From Eledone cirrhosa (Eukaryota), in assembly GCA_964016885.1 (NCBI GenBank), contig OZ024742.1, positions 356,128,001 to 356,192,000 on the forward strand: DNA of 64,000 nucleotides, given 5' to 3'. Positions 1 through 13,616 of the stretch are shown in pieces. Under the pieces are notes generated by a model that saw only the letters and a program-made list of their open reading frames with translations, was not told the DNA's origin and did not search any database. Within the stretch, counting starts at the first letter, position 1. Every line of letters starts with the position of its first letter. The translations under genes and the position numbers were made by a program.

Positions 1-433
1 TCATTCAATTAATATACTTCCATAAGTAATAAAACTTTTGTTGAGAGATATATTTTCATTAATATATATTCTGTTAAAAGTTATTTCTTTTCTATACATG
101 CTGTGTTAGCTTACAAATCAGTGACTTTAATTACTTCAATTAGAAATCTAGATCTTATATTTATTTCTGCTTGGAAAATAATAAAAACTTTATCTTAAAA
201 ACATCAAGTTAGATAGCTGAAACATTTCTTGCTGTGTTGTAAATATTCAGGTTTAAAATATCAGCATTGATGCTAAAAACCTTACTTTTAGCAGACTAGT
301 TCCTAGTCTAGTGCTTCACATTTGTTTCAGTGTTCACTTCACACCATTCCACTTTTACTCAACATAACAAAACCTGGAAATATATCCAAAATGTACAATG
401 CTTGGCACCCTTAATAAATTTATGAATAGCAGT

Positions 434-651
434 TTAACCCTTTAGCATTTAAACCGGCTGTACCTGGACAAAATTCTTTCACCTCTTTCTGTTCAAACTG
501 GCTGTAACCTCATACTAATGTTAAGGTATTGTACGAAAAATCAATATCAAAATCTCATAGATTCATTATTATGAGATAGTTATGTGAGGTAAAGTCTTTG
601 CCACAAAAATACAATAGTAAATATAGATTAATGTAAATGCTAAACGGTTAA
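434..651. mobile_element. piggyBac-type MITE (family 1)
   Basis: TTAA at both ends, with imperfect TIRs ccctttagcattta / taaatgctaaacgg. A second copy lies at ~34045-34263. Confidence 0.7.
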
Positions 652-3561
652 GACCCTAGAATCTGTAAATCAGAATGGAAAGGAGTCCCTTTATCCACAA
701 ATATCTTAAATTCCTTTTGTCTTAGATCAGAATAATAATCATGAACCTATGGTAGAAGAGTCAACAGTGACAAATGATGGGGTTTCTTAATTATATAAAT
801 AGCAACAATATTCTTTGACTTCTATCCTCTTAATAGAAATCAATATTCATGATTTCTAAAAGAAACATTTATACATAGAAAAACTGAGACATATTTCTTC
901 TAAAACGATTTTCTGATATACAAAAATATAAGCAGATTAGACTGAAAGTTTTTTACTTATTTTAGGAATTAGTAAGTTTTAAAGCTACAAGAAAGGAGAG
1001 TTGAGGAGACTTTGCTATTTTTGATTTCAATTTAAACATTCAATCATTTTTACTTATGTCAATATTACTTTTTAGATGTTTTTTTTTTATTCTAAAAAAA
1101 TATTCAAAAATGATAAATTATGATGTTTAGTAATCTCCAACAATGAATTATTTTTTCATGGAACAACTAGGCCTCATTTTAAGAAATTATTTTTCTCTGC
1201 CTGATGCATGTTAACATTCTGTAGAGTGTCAGTTAAGTAAATAAGAGTGCTTATAGATAATTGGATGTAACTTGATCATATAATTCAGTTCTGATCCTGA
1301 TTATATTAAGATGAGCAACAACCTGTAGCAGACTGATGTGATGTGCTGTCTCTCATTACACATTCAACAGTATCAATCTCCCTGTCATGAGGGAGCCAAT
1401 AGGGTTTATGTCCATTACCTTCTTCCTTGAATGTACTTTAATAATAATTTCTTTATTAGCCACGCATGGCTTAAATGAAGAAAAACATTAAGAATAGTAA
1501 AGACAAAACAGGATGAAAAGTAGAGTTTTTAGTATGTAAAAAATTCATAGAACGAAATATAAAAACAAATTCAAACAAAGTAAATTCTTCAGAAGGGAGG
1601 ACTTCTGAGGGTGACACATGGAGAAAGCCTGTAAAAACCCATGATGAATATAAACATTTTTGGCTAATCAGAATAATTTTTAGAATGTAAAGTTACAATT
1701 ATAAATAATAAAAGCAAAATTAGTTTCACCCTAACATAGTGGATACTTACAATCATGAGAAATATTTCTAACATTCTTCTTCTTTCTCAATGAGACATGG
1801 GCTTATCCTAGGTCAGTGGTGCTAGAGGCATCCTCATGCAAAGAACCAACCAGGTCCACCAGTGGCCTCCATCACTGGTAGTCCTATGCAAGCCTCCATG
1901 GATCCTCTGATAATCTTCCTTGATGATATCCAGCCATCTGGTGCAGGCCCTGCTGTTGGGCCTCTTCTGGCCAGTAGCTGCTGTGTCAAATGACAGGAAG
2001 GCCCTGGTAGTTGTTTGTAAATCCGAACAGACTGATTGTGAAATGAATATGTAAGGGCATCCTACAGCCTCATATGCATATAATGTAATTCAAAGGGAGA
2101 AGTAGAGTGACAAAGCCATCCCTTTGTATTACTGGTTCATCCAGGGCTGGGTTTAGATTGAGCGGGGTGGGCACTTTAGGATTGACAGTCCCCTCATACA
2201 CAGAAACTTACAATACATGACAAATCTCCAATTTTACATATCAAAGTTAGCTTGGTGCAAGTAATTGGAAGTGAAAAGTTATACATACAGGTATTAAATC
2301 AAAAAAATCTAACCATCCTCATTTTATATCCACTTTCCTCACTGGTATGTGGAGGACAGGTTGTCACAGTCCAAGACCAGACGTATTGGAAGGAACTCAT
2401 CTTGCTCATACATTACATATTAGGCATAGTTTCTAAATTTTAGGAATTTTGCCACACTAACGACATTAACTACTTTTTATTAAGAATATAGTCCTCATTG
2501 ATAAAACTAAAAATCCCAGCAGAGGGCACAAATAAAATGGATTCTAATTTTTTGTGTATGAGCACCCTCCCATCCCCAAACCTGAAGGGCCCCGGGCCTC
2601 CAAGTTCTAAATTCAACCCTGTATATGAGGACTAATGCATTATGTAAAAAAAAATCTAAATATTTCTCTGAATGTGTGACTTTTATGGATGTCCTGTTAA
2701 TTCAGTTTTTCAACCATCTTAGTAGTTACTGACATATTATTTCTGTTTGATGCAGAGTCTTTTGTCTTAGATCTTGTTAATGGCATACTTTATAATCCAC
2801 AGTATTGTAATTGTTCTAAGTCTAGAAAGGGTTAGTGACTGCCTATCATGCTGTGGTTTGGCTGGAGATGAAATTATCTGATAGAAAATTCTCAGCAGGG
2901 AGCCTTGTAGTAGTTTATTGACTAATACAATTCATATTTTATGAGTAGTAATTATGTTATCATGAATACCATAACTCACACTAAATAGATAATTAGAATT
3001 CTGAGTAGAATAAATCTATTAACCATCTGGTATTTGTAGTTAGAAGGCCTAAAGGATAATACGTCTTTCAATTGATGACATATAATGTTGTATACCATCT
3101 GTATCAATGTACTTTTATGAATTATAAGTCAGGCAAGATTTCAATTCACTTAGTAAAATATGAAAGTACATAAGATACTTGATACATTTAATGGGCAATT
3201 TCTTTTGATTCTACAGTTACAACCATTCGTAAATATTATATCAGGAGAGTTAGTCAAAATTGGTGTGTAGTTTACAGGACTTGTTATAGGTGAAGGAGAT
3301 GGTGATTTGTTATGGTTTATTTTAGTATTATTATAGTTGGTTTGATGATTTGGTGTTATATTTATGATTTTTTAACACTTATATGCGTTGTAACACTTAT
3401 ATTCTGTTGTATATTTTTGGTAATCGAGTAGGAAAATTTGACAGTAGATCTATTTAAAATTTGATGGTGTTTATGGTTTGGTGGGAAATTTTTCTCTAGT
3501 ATAGCAAATAATGTTTTAGGGATATCGTCTTTAATCTAGTCCTGTAAACTCCACACCAATT

Positions 3562-3975
3562 TTGACTAACTCCCCTGATATAATATTTACGAATGGTTGT
3601 AACTGTAGAATCAAAAGAAATTGCCCATTCAAGGGAAATTGTCTTATTAACATAATTTATAAATGTAAAATTAGCACTAAGGATTCCACTCATTCATATA
3701 TAGGAGCTACGTCTAACCAATTTAAAGTAAGATTTAATAACCACAAACATAGTTTTAAACATGCTGCATTAGCTAATACAACATCCTTGGCCGAAGCAAT
3801 TAATAATTATAGAAAGAAGACAATTGATTATAACTCTACCTGGAGCATGCTTAAAAGGGCCACCCCTTATCAAAATAGCAGATACGAGTGTAAGTTATGC
3901 TCCCAAGAAATTTTTGAAATCATGAAATCTAAGGATATCCTATTAAATAAGCGACAGGAATTAATTATATCTTGA
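3562..3975 (+). pseudogene. GIY-YIG endonuclease domain of a Penelope-like element (partial)
   Basis: Motifs CNCRIKRNCPFKGNC, IIYKC, YIGATSNQFKVRFNNH, CKLC..E and LLNKRQE match the PLE endonuclease with its Cys-rich linker. No RT upstream in the same orientation. Confidence 0.85.
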
Positions 3976-4722
3976 AATCATAGAATTAGAAAAACCTTCA
4001 AATATTATAAACTTAATTAATATACACCTTACTCTTATATTTTACAAATTATTATAATTGTTTTTTTTTTAATTTAGTTAACCTATAATTAGTATTTTAC
4101 TACAGAGAATTTCATAATTTATTTCCCTCTTACAGCTCTCTTTTCCTAAAATTATTTTTAACCTCACTACTTCATTTAATCGCATCCCCTATTTATCACA
4201 TTTAATACCTATGATTATTAATTATAATTAATATCTTTAATATCATCAATGTCCGTATAGATATAATTCTCTATATAAATTTTTTTATCTATTTGTTTTT
4301 CCATATATATATTTTTATTGCTTTAATTTTTTACTTCTTTATTTATCACATTCATATGAATTAATATAATTTTATCCCTATAAGTGTACCTATCAATTTG
4401 TATCTAGATTCCTTGTTTAAATAAGATTGGTATTTCTCACTAATACCCTTATCCCCCCAACATTTTTTCTTTCGTTTTTAACATACTTTAATAACATCAA
4501 ATTTTCGTTTACTTCATTATCTTCTTGACTTGACCTCATTTCCTCCGCCCCATTGTATTATTTTCATTCAAAGCATTAATCTGCACTCCTCCACTCCCAG
4601 ATTTAATTTTTACTACTGTTATTCTATCAACTTGACCTCTAAATCATTTCTATTGGTCAATTCAAAACCTGTTCCCAAACAGACTCTTTATATCAATTCT
4701 TTGTGTTTTTTCAATAAACATC

Positions 4723-4861
4723 TCATCATTTCTGAGGATGGCATGTATATGTGAAGGTATATATATTTTCTCTGATAATTTGTAATATTTTTACATAGAT
4801 TTTAAACATGATATACATACCAACACACACATACATCCCAGCAACGATCGTAAAATGTTGA
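4723..4861 (+). ncRNA. Type I hammerhead ribozyme (degenerate) in the Penelope pLTR
   Basis: Stem I tcatcattt/aaatgttga; core CTGAGGA; stem II tggcatgtat...atacatccca; GCAA in place of GAAA; palindromic stem III acgatcgt; GTA site. Confidence 0.7.
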
Positions 4862-5249
4862 ATTTTTTTATATAAGGAACTTGTTTTTTTTTATTTCATT
4901 GTTTTTATTAATTTATCTCGACTCTGTTTTCCTATGACTTTTAGCGTAAAATTTTGAATGCATCTTCTCTTTTTATGATATCTTCTATATTGGGATTACA
5001 TCGAGTTCTTCATACGGCTGGACACAACCATGTATTTTGGTAGATTTATCTACATATATATATATTATATATATATATATATATAATGGAGTGAAGAATA
5101 AAATGGATATGCTATACAATAGGGTATATTCCAGGTATTAACAAATGTTTCATTGGCTAGGTGTGTATAATATATATATGTATATATATAAGTATATATA
5201 TATGTATATATATAAGTATATATATATATATGTATATATATAAGGAACC

Positions 5250-5970
5250 ATGCAGTGAACTGAAACTCTGAGCTACACATTAATCCTAAGTCTAAGATGT
5301 TTATTTCTTTCACCACTTTCACCTACCTTAATTTATTACTAAATAGTTAATGGTAGAATATAATATATATTAGCCGGGAAGATAACTTCAGATATGTTTT
5401 AGTCTTATTTTGATTTTATATGTTTGACTTTACCTACTCCCCACCTATATTAAATATGTTAATACTAACTCAATTATTGTTTTACATGGGAATAGTATCT
5501 CTTAATTTGTTATCTAAACAATTCTATTTTAATTATGCCAAATCCTTAACTATCTTGAATGTTTACTTTATGATTCTTTGATCACTATTTTACCAAGCAG
5601 AGTGAAGGCTATACTTAGCTGATGAGATCATAAAATTAAAACATCCAGAGTTATCTCCCATACCAGCTAGAAAAATGAACATGGTATTAGTCATTAATTA
5701 ATAATGTCTTTGTTTCACTGCATAATTATTACTAGTTGGCTTTTTAAAGATAACTTAAATGCTGTTATAGAAATGGTATTTCTGAATTGTATCTTTGTTA
5801 GTTCTGCTATGAGAGATTTATAAACCAACTTTGAAACTCATCAGAATACTGTTTGATAATTCCCATCCATGCTAAATGTGTTTCACTAAGGTAAATATTT
5901 GACTACTACTTGATCAATTGGTGCCATATTTAGGTGTTTTTTTTTCTGCTGCTATTTCTTTCAATCTGAA
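5250..5970 (-). mobile_element. Highly decayed non-LTR RT remnant (CR1/L2-like)
   Basis: The minus strand reads ..EINILDLGLMCSSEFQFTAW.., similar to the 'KDLGV.vdsdL.F..H' RT C-terminal motif; many stops. Confidence 0.35.
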
Positions 5971-6014
5971 GTAGAAGTAATAGCAGTTATGACTTATTTA
6001 TAGAGACAATCATA

Positions 6015-6205
6015 TAATTGTTTCTACTTTTGGCACAAGGCCAGCAATTACCTAGTGCATTACTGGTACTTTATTTTATCGACCACATAAGGATGAAAGG
6101 CAAAGTTAACCTCAGCGGGATTTGAACTCAGTATGGCAAGGGCCATAACTCTATGCATCAAAGCATGGCATCCGACCCTCTACCGATACTGCAAATCCAC
6201 TGATT
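6015..6205 (-). mobile_element. tRNA-derived SINE with Nin/Deu-like central domain
   Basis: Reverse complement of the family seen at 50492-50683: A box, GAGTTCAAATCC B box, then GCCTTTCATCCTT...GTCGATAAAATAAAGTACCAG. Confidence 0.8.
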
Positions 6206-6249
6206 ATATAATGACGTCTAAAATATCGAAAGTCTGTCTCAAACCCGGA

Positions 6250-6505
6250 GGCTCATCAAGCCAGTACATATGTTTCTATGGCATTATGCAACTGAAAGTG
6301 CAAGACTTTCACCCTGGATAGGATGCCAGACCATCACAGGGTTAAATCCCCAGCTATTGCCACTACTCATCTTCAAATGAGTATACGGGAGCAATGTGAA
6401 ATGAAGTGTTTTTCTCAAGAACACAATTCACAACCTAGTCCTAGAATCAACCACATGACATTATGATCATAAGTCCAACACATGTGCCACTAGGCCATGA
6501 GCCTC
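6250..6505 (-). mobile_element. tRNA-derived SINE, CORE-like family
   Basis: The minus strand has a tRNA-like head and TTGTGTTCTTGAGAAAAACACTTCATTTCAC, similar to the CORE domain. Relatives at ~6845-6965(-), 21000-21210(-), 22330-22590(+), 31420-31630(-) and 46330-46620(-). Confidence 0.6.
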
Positions 6506-7543
6506 TATATATGAGGACAGGGAAAATTTTAAATCACAACTATTGCATCAAAGGCCAGATTAAATAAGGGGCAGGGGCAAAGGGGGCAATTGTCCCAGGC
6601 TATCCTGCAGTATAGAGCCCCACCAGCGATGGCCCTGGCAATATATTTGTGACCTCTGCTATGCTTTTTCATTTTAGGATGGTTAAGTTTTGAATTGATA
6701 CCTCAATGTATAACTTTATAATTACAACTATTTGCACCAAATTAACACTTAGGAACGATTGACTTATGTCAAATCGGACGGAGGAAATAATGTTTCCATT
6801 GGTCTTTCAAATTGCTAATACTATCTATCAGTCGCAACTCCAGGTAGGAGCAACGTGAAATAAAATGTCTTGCTCAAGGACATAACGTATCACCCAGTCT
6901 GGGAATTGAACTCACAACCTCACAATTGTGAATCAAATTCTCTAACCACTCAGCCACACGCCTTCATTAACATTGGTATGTAAAAATGGAAGTGGTTTGC
7001 TGTGTATTCTAATATTGTGTATGAGGAAAAGGGTCCCTAAATTCCGGGCCACACAAGGTCTAAATCTAACCCTGGTTGTATCTATTGGGGGAAATAACCT
7101 TCTAATGATGGTAAAATTTAAAATTGTGATCATGTAGTTATGAAACCTATACCCAAACCTTTATACACATTTGAAGAAATAACATTTTATACATTGAGAA
7201 ACCTGCTGAAATGATGTTTGTATAAATTTGAAATCTATTCTCTATTAGAAGATATAGAATGGAAGAAGAAAATGAAAAAGAAATTCCATATCTAATGCTT
7301 TGAAATGTTATTTTAACACCGTGATTAATTTGTATTTTGTTCCTTTTCAATAAAAGTTTTTCTGAATAGAAATTGGTGGAATATAAGACTATTGATAGGA
7401 ACTACATAGAAAGTATAAACATTGCTGAAATGTCTGGCAGTTGCAAATATTCAGTGACACTTTACTAAGAAAACTAAGAAAGTTACAAATTCTGTTTGCT
7501 CAAACACGATACATGCATGCATACATGCATACATACATACATC

Positions 7544-9240
7544 AGGATGATAGCTTGTCAGTGCTACTCTTCGTTCTCTCACTAAATCCACTATCTTACC
7601 TACTCGGGAAACAAGGTGGACAAAGAAGTGGGTCCAGAAGTATCTCCATCTTTTCTTTGCTGATGACCTGAAGTTGTATGGGCCAAATATCAATGACATC
7701 AAGAAACAATTGGACCTCATTACATAATTTTCAAGACATGAAAATGAAATTTGGTGAGTCCAAGTGTGCATATTTGGCAGTAAAACGTGGAAGAGCTGTG
7801 CCCTCCTCTAGAAATCTAGAGATGAACGGCCTGACAATACCTCTACAGTCAGGTGACAACTACAGATATCTTGGACAGGATGAGAATGTCAGATATGATG
7901 GACCCATAAATAAGGAGAGAACCAGAACTGAATACCTCAGAAGAGTAAAGAAAATATGGTCATCAGAACTGTCAGCCTACAACAAATACATTGCCCACAA
8001 TACTTATGCTGTGCCAATTCTAACGCTAACATTTGGCCTGCTGAACTGGTCATTGCAAGAACTAAGTGAGATGGATGTTAGAACTCGCAAACTTCTCAGT
8101 GTTACTGGGAACTTAAACATCAATGGTGATGTGGATAGGCTATACTTCTCATGCAAGGAAGGTGCCCGGGGTCTAAAATCCATATTAACATCATATGAGA
8201 CCTGGATAATAACACTGAAGCAACCCCTTCAACAGAGGAAAAAGGTTGGCAACCATCTTGCCCAGGTTTATAAGCATGAAAAAAAATATCATTAGAATAG
8301 CCACTGATCTGGAGGAGAGATATGGAATAAAGCCTGATATAAATCTCTCACCCAGAGAAATCGGAAGATCCTATTCAATGTACAAACAAGATGAAAAAAT
8401 TGACCAATTTACAGAAAAAGTTGGGCATGGATACTTGAGACGTAACACACAGATCATAGAGGGGATAAACCACTCAAAAAGCCTGGCATGGAGTTCCGAC
8501 AAGTTTATGACATCACACCTTGAGGGATATCTCTATGCAATACAGGAACAAGAACTCCCTACCAAATATCTGCTGCACAAAAGGGGAGGGCCATCAGCTG
8601 ACAATAAATGTAGGCTATGTAAAACAAAGATCGAGGATGTAAGCCACATTGTTGCCAGCTGCAAAAGAATGTCATCTCGCTACTACCTCCCCATGAGACA
8701 CGCTAGAACCATCTGGAACGCACTTTGGAAAACAAAATTACCAACAAACGAGGAAGAATATATTGAGACAGATGGCACTAAGGAATACTGGTGGAACCTG
8801 AAAATAAAAACTGCCACTAAATTAAAGCACAACCGGCCTGATATTGTTGTTTGGGACCACACATTGAAAACGTGTTCTGTTGTGGAGATCAGCTGCCCAC
8901 TTGATGTAAACGGTGTCAGAAAAATACAGAAGGAGGACATCTACGGACCATTGATGAGGAGTTTACAAATCAAGTATCCAAGATACACCTTTAGCTTCAT
9001 ACCAATCATTATTGGAGCTACGGGTTATATACCAACCTGCTTGGACCAAAGAATGACTGAACTTGGATTTGCGGACAAAGAGTGCAGCTCCCTAATTCAT
9101 AGTCTACAAATGGCTGCGATAGCTGGCACCTTCAAAATTTGCAAAACATTCTTGCGATTCAAGGGATGACAATTTCTTTTCTTTTACACCAGGAAGCTGG
9201 CCGGTCAAAAAAATATACACGAAATTAAGAGAAAGAGATA
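7544..9240 (+). mobile_element. 5'-truncated R4/Dong-like non-LTR retrotransposon (RT C-terminus, CCHC, restriction-like endonuclease)
   Basis: QDDSLSVLLF (QGDSLSP-like) and SHLFFADDLKLY RT motifs, YRYLG, zinc knuckle CRLC-x8-HIVASC, then RH and NRPDIVVWD..VVEISCP (PD-(D/E)xK type). Frameshifted across ORFs 7441, 7678 and 8246. Confidence 0.88.
8246..9169 (+). pseudogene. C-terminal CCHC plus restriction-like endonuclease region of the R4/Dong-like element
   Basis: 307-aa ORF containing AIQEQELPT, CRLCKTKIEDVSHIVASC, WWNLKIKT, NRPDIVVWD, KEDIY and PIIIGATG. Confidence 0.85.
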
Positions 9241-9816
9241 ACACATACATACATACATATGCAACACACATACTCGTATACATGCATACATCACACCATA
9301 CACCCATATATATGGATGCAAATGCACCTCACACACACACATGAATACATACATACATGAATACACAGATATGAATACATACATGAATACATAGATATGA
9401 ATACATTCGTACATACATGGATACATAAGCACCACACATATAACACACATATGCACACACAACGCACACCACACACAACACTCATACAAACACACAACAC
9501 ATGCACACACACAACACATGCACACACACCACACATGCACACACACCACACATGCACACACACCACACATGCACACACACCACACATGCACACACACCAC
9601 ACATGCACACACACCACACATGCACACACACCACACATGCACCGCACCCGCACATACACACACCACACCACACCACACACATGCATGCACACACATACAT
9701 GCACACACACACACACACACCACTCACAACAGATGCACACACACTCACACACACACATGCACACACACTCATGCACACACGCACATGCACTCATGCACAC
9801 ACACACCACACACACA
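9241..9816. repeat. Complex (CATA)n/(CA)n microsatellite-minisatellite
   Basis: Repeated cacacaccacacatgca units; these generate the spurious C/V- and H/T-rich ORFs. Confidence 0.95.
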
Positions 9817-11404
9817 AGTGAACTAAATTGCTTTAAAAAAGAAATAAAGGTAAATAAATGAAGGTGAAAACTGAGTTGATTCAACTCATGTTTGTCCATA
9901 TTTCCACTTGAGTGCAGAATTTGGTGAGATTAACACGCTAATCTTTGATTCAATAGTTTGAAAATGAAGTCAAATGCAATAAAATAGAAATATCTTTCCT
10001 CGTGATATTTACCTTATACGTAATATTGATATGATGATGATGAAGATTATGATGATGATGATGATGATTGTAATGGTGGTGTTGTGGTATCATCACTGAC
10101 AAATTTTTAATAGAATGGTAGTATGTATTTATTAATTTAATTATACATTTATTTAGTTAGGTATTTATTTATATTTCACTTAGTTTCTCTAGTGTATTTT
10201 AAACATTTTTCTGAATCTATCTGATTTGTTTTCATATTTCCATTTTAGATGTTATATAAATTGATAGAAACTGATAGAAACTTTTTTTTTAAATTGGAAA
10301 AGTGCTAAAAAATGTTGTGAGAATATTTCATTTCTAATATATATATATATGTGTGTGTGGAGGTGGTAGGGTGTTTGAGGAGGGAAAAAAATGTTGATGA
10401 GGTCAACTGTGTCATATGTTGTTCTGAATATTAACTGTAGATGTAATCAGAAGTTTAAAAACATTCTTATTAGCTTAAGGAACAAGCATTCATTTATGTA
10501 TGATGCTCACAATATTGTTTGTAGTTTGTGAGTTTTGTTATTTTCTTGAAGTTATATTTTTTGTTTTCTTATTTGAAATTTATTTGCATTCGTTGTCAAT
10601 GAAATGTTATTACCTTCTTTTAATTTCTATTGACAGTTATTTTAAGTAGTCTCTTATAAATTTTGAAAATGTTTTCCTTCTTTGGAAAATATTTTTGTTT
10701 TCTAAATTATGTTAGCATAGTTGAAAAGTAAGCTACAGCTATATAATTGCCTTATTTATAGATTGCATTACTTATAAATGTAATGTGGGATTATGAGAAC
10801 AATTTTTTTTTAAATTCACGTTAAGTTTATAAATCATAAATAATGAATAAAAAAAGTCTTGAACAACCATAAAGTTTGAGATTTTCACAAGAGAGAAAAA
10901 AAGGAAAGTTATATTTTAATATTTTACAAATTGTCATTAGCAGTATTATTTAGGGGAAATTCTTATCTCTCGATTTTGACGAACCAGGAAAGGCTATGAA
11001 CATTATTCTACTTCTTCAATACAGGAAAAAAAAATGACCAATATTTAACTCTAGAGTACAAGTTCTAACAGACAGCAAAATTGTTGATGGTACTCACGTT
11101 TTGGCATGAAATATAATCAGCATTTTTAAAATATTATTTCGTTAACCTGTTTGTGTTTTTTTTTTTGGGGGGGGGGGTCTTTTTTTTTTTTTTTTTTTTT
11201 TGCTGTTTGCCAAGTCTGCAAACATCTAAACTTGCTACACTTATAATTATTTTTTTCCGCTGTTTATCTCTAAATCTAACTCAAACACCTTTCTTTCTAT
11301 CGGTACGTTCATCAACTTAACATAGGATCTTCCTTCCACAATGAAGATATCCCACGAGATTGGATACATGAAATTGTCTAAATTAAACCAAGAGTGGATA
11401 GCAT

Positions 11405-13616
11405 TAGGATTGCTAGACAATGTGTCAAGGAAAACCGTGATATTGTTGGAGAAGTGTGTCTGTAATGATGATGCTATACTTGCCATCACTGATACTGATA
11501 AGAAGGTAGCTTGGAAGTGTAATATGAGAGGCTACTAAAAGAGAATATGTGGGAAAAAGATAGTCAGCCCCAAATCGATCCAATAGAGGGACCAGCAGTG
11601 CAAGTTGAAGGTAGTATAATAAGTAAGGCAATATAAAGACAGGCAAAGCAGCTGGGCCTTCAGAGATAGTTTCTGAAATGCTGAAAGCATCTGGATCGGT
11701 GGGACACACTATGGTCTCCCGGATAGTAAACCAAGTCATACAGAATGGGGTCATACCAAATGACTGGCGTAGCAGCATCATCATTAACTGCTACAAGGGT
11801 AAAGGAGATGCCCTAGATAGGGGAAACAATAGAGGCATTAAATTAATCGACCAGGTCATGAAGGTTCAGAAAAGGTTATAGCGCAACTAATCAGAGAACG
11901 AATTAATCTAGTTGAAATGCAGTTTGGGTTTGTATCAGGTAAAAGTACCACAGATGCTCTTTTCCTTGTACGACAACTACAAGAGAAGTACCTATCTGAA
12001 AGTAAACCCCTATACTTAGCTTTTGTTGACTTGGAGAAAGCCTTTGACAGAGTCCCCTACTCCATTAACTCGTGGGCTCTTAGAAAACTAGGTGTTGATG
12101 AATGGCTCGTGAGAGCTATACAAGCCATGTATAAAGAAACAGTCAGCAAGGTTAGAATTAACAACGTATATAGTGAAGAATTTAGCGTAAAAGTCGGTGT
12201 TCATCTCTGTCCTTAGCCCCTCCTATTTATTATTGCCCTTCAGACTATAACAGAGGAGTTCAAGACCGGCTGCCCAAGGGAACTTCTATACGCAGATGAT
12301 CTAACACTCATAGTTGAATCAATGGCTGAACTAGAGAAGAAATTCCAAACTTGGAAGCATTGCCTAGAATCAAAAGGCCTTAAAATTAACTTGTCTAAGA
12401 GTAAAGTTCTAGTATGTAGGAAGGACAATAGGACACTGGTCCCTTCTGGGAAATGCCATGCTCAGTGTGTAGGAAAGGAGTAGGCAGAAACTCCATCTTA
12501 TGTCCCAGATGCAAAGTATGAGTACATAAAAGATGTAGTGGGATCACAGGTAAACTAATTAAGAACATAGATTTTATATGTGGCCAGTGCTCGGGTGCAA
12601 TAAGTAGTAGCAAGTGCCCACAGGATACTAGCTCCTTCCATTGCCCAGATGGTTCTATATAAATAGTGGACACCTTCTGTTACCTGGGTGACAAAATCGG
12701 CAGTGGTGGAGGGTGCTCTGAAAGTACAGTAGCTAGATTCAGAACGGGATGGAAAAAGTTCAGAGGGCTTATACCAGTATTAGCCGCTCAAGGTTTCTCT
12801 CTAAAAATGAAAGGCAGGCTGTATGATGCCTGCATACAAACAGCGATGTTACATGGCAGTGAGACATAGACATTGTGTGCAGAGGATCTGCGCAGACTGG
12901 AGAGGAATAAAGCTTGCATGCTCCGTTAGATGTGTAATAGTAATATACGTGAACGATAAAGCATAAATGAACTGTGAGCAATTAGGAATAAGAGGGATCA
13001 GATGCTGTTTACTCGAGAGAAGACTACATTGGTATGGTCATGTGATGCGCATGAAAGATACAGCTGTATAAAAAAGTGAGGGCGATCAAAATAGATGGAA
13101 GCTACGGAGTAGGCAGACCTAGAAAACCTGGGACGATTTGATAAATTCCAACCTCACACACTTGCCTCTCCAAGACAATGTCACTTGACTGAGATATTTG
13201 GTGCTACACAGTAAATCAGAAGACCCGCCTTGCCTAAGTACAAAGCGAAATCTACAGTCAGTAGGCACCTCCTAACCAAAAATACACCCTCATCCCAATA
13301 CCCCTACCACCACCCCTTTCTCTGTAAAGGTATGTTGGCGTCCCAACTTCCAGTCCTAAATAAATGAGGTCGTGTAGGTGTCACAACAAAAAAACACACA
13401 GTCCACGCTGTAATGTAGCCGTGTTGGTAACACGGTAAAAACCTCCCAGTCCACACTGTAAAGGTGGTTGGTGTTAGGAAGGGCATCCAGTCGTAGAAAA
13501 CCTGCCAGACAGTCCTATATGAGCAAGACAACCAATCTTGCCTCACGTGGGACAATTCCCATCTAAACCCATGCGGGCATGGAAGATACATTAAACGATG
13601 ATGATGATGATGATGA
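11405..13616 (+). mobile_element. RTE-clade LINE, subfamily B, 5'-truncated and degenerate
   Basis: Fragmented ORFs with YKGKGDALDRGN, QFGF, FVDLEKAFDRVP, LYADD and FCYLGD; 3' UTR; (GAT)n tail at ~13597-13615. Confidence 0.92.

Larger units (their letters stand above)
3190..5055 (+). mobile_element. Penelope-like element remnant: inverted 5' segment, GIY-YIG endonuclease, 3' UTR/pLTR with hammerhead
   Basis: The GIY-YIG ORF is at 3562-3975. The minus strand at 3190-3530 reads FPPNHKHHQILNRSTVKFSYS, typical of the PLE RT-EN linker. A hammerhead motif is at 4723-4861, and the element ends at a (TA)n run. Confidence 0.8.

Noticed and set aside
9205-9899. Long Cys/Val- and His/Thr-rich ORFs
   Set aside because: They are translations of the (CA)n/(CATG) microsatellite, not metallothionein- or histidine-rich genes.
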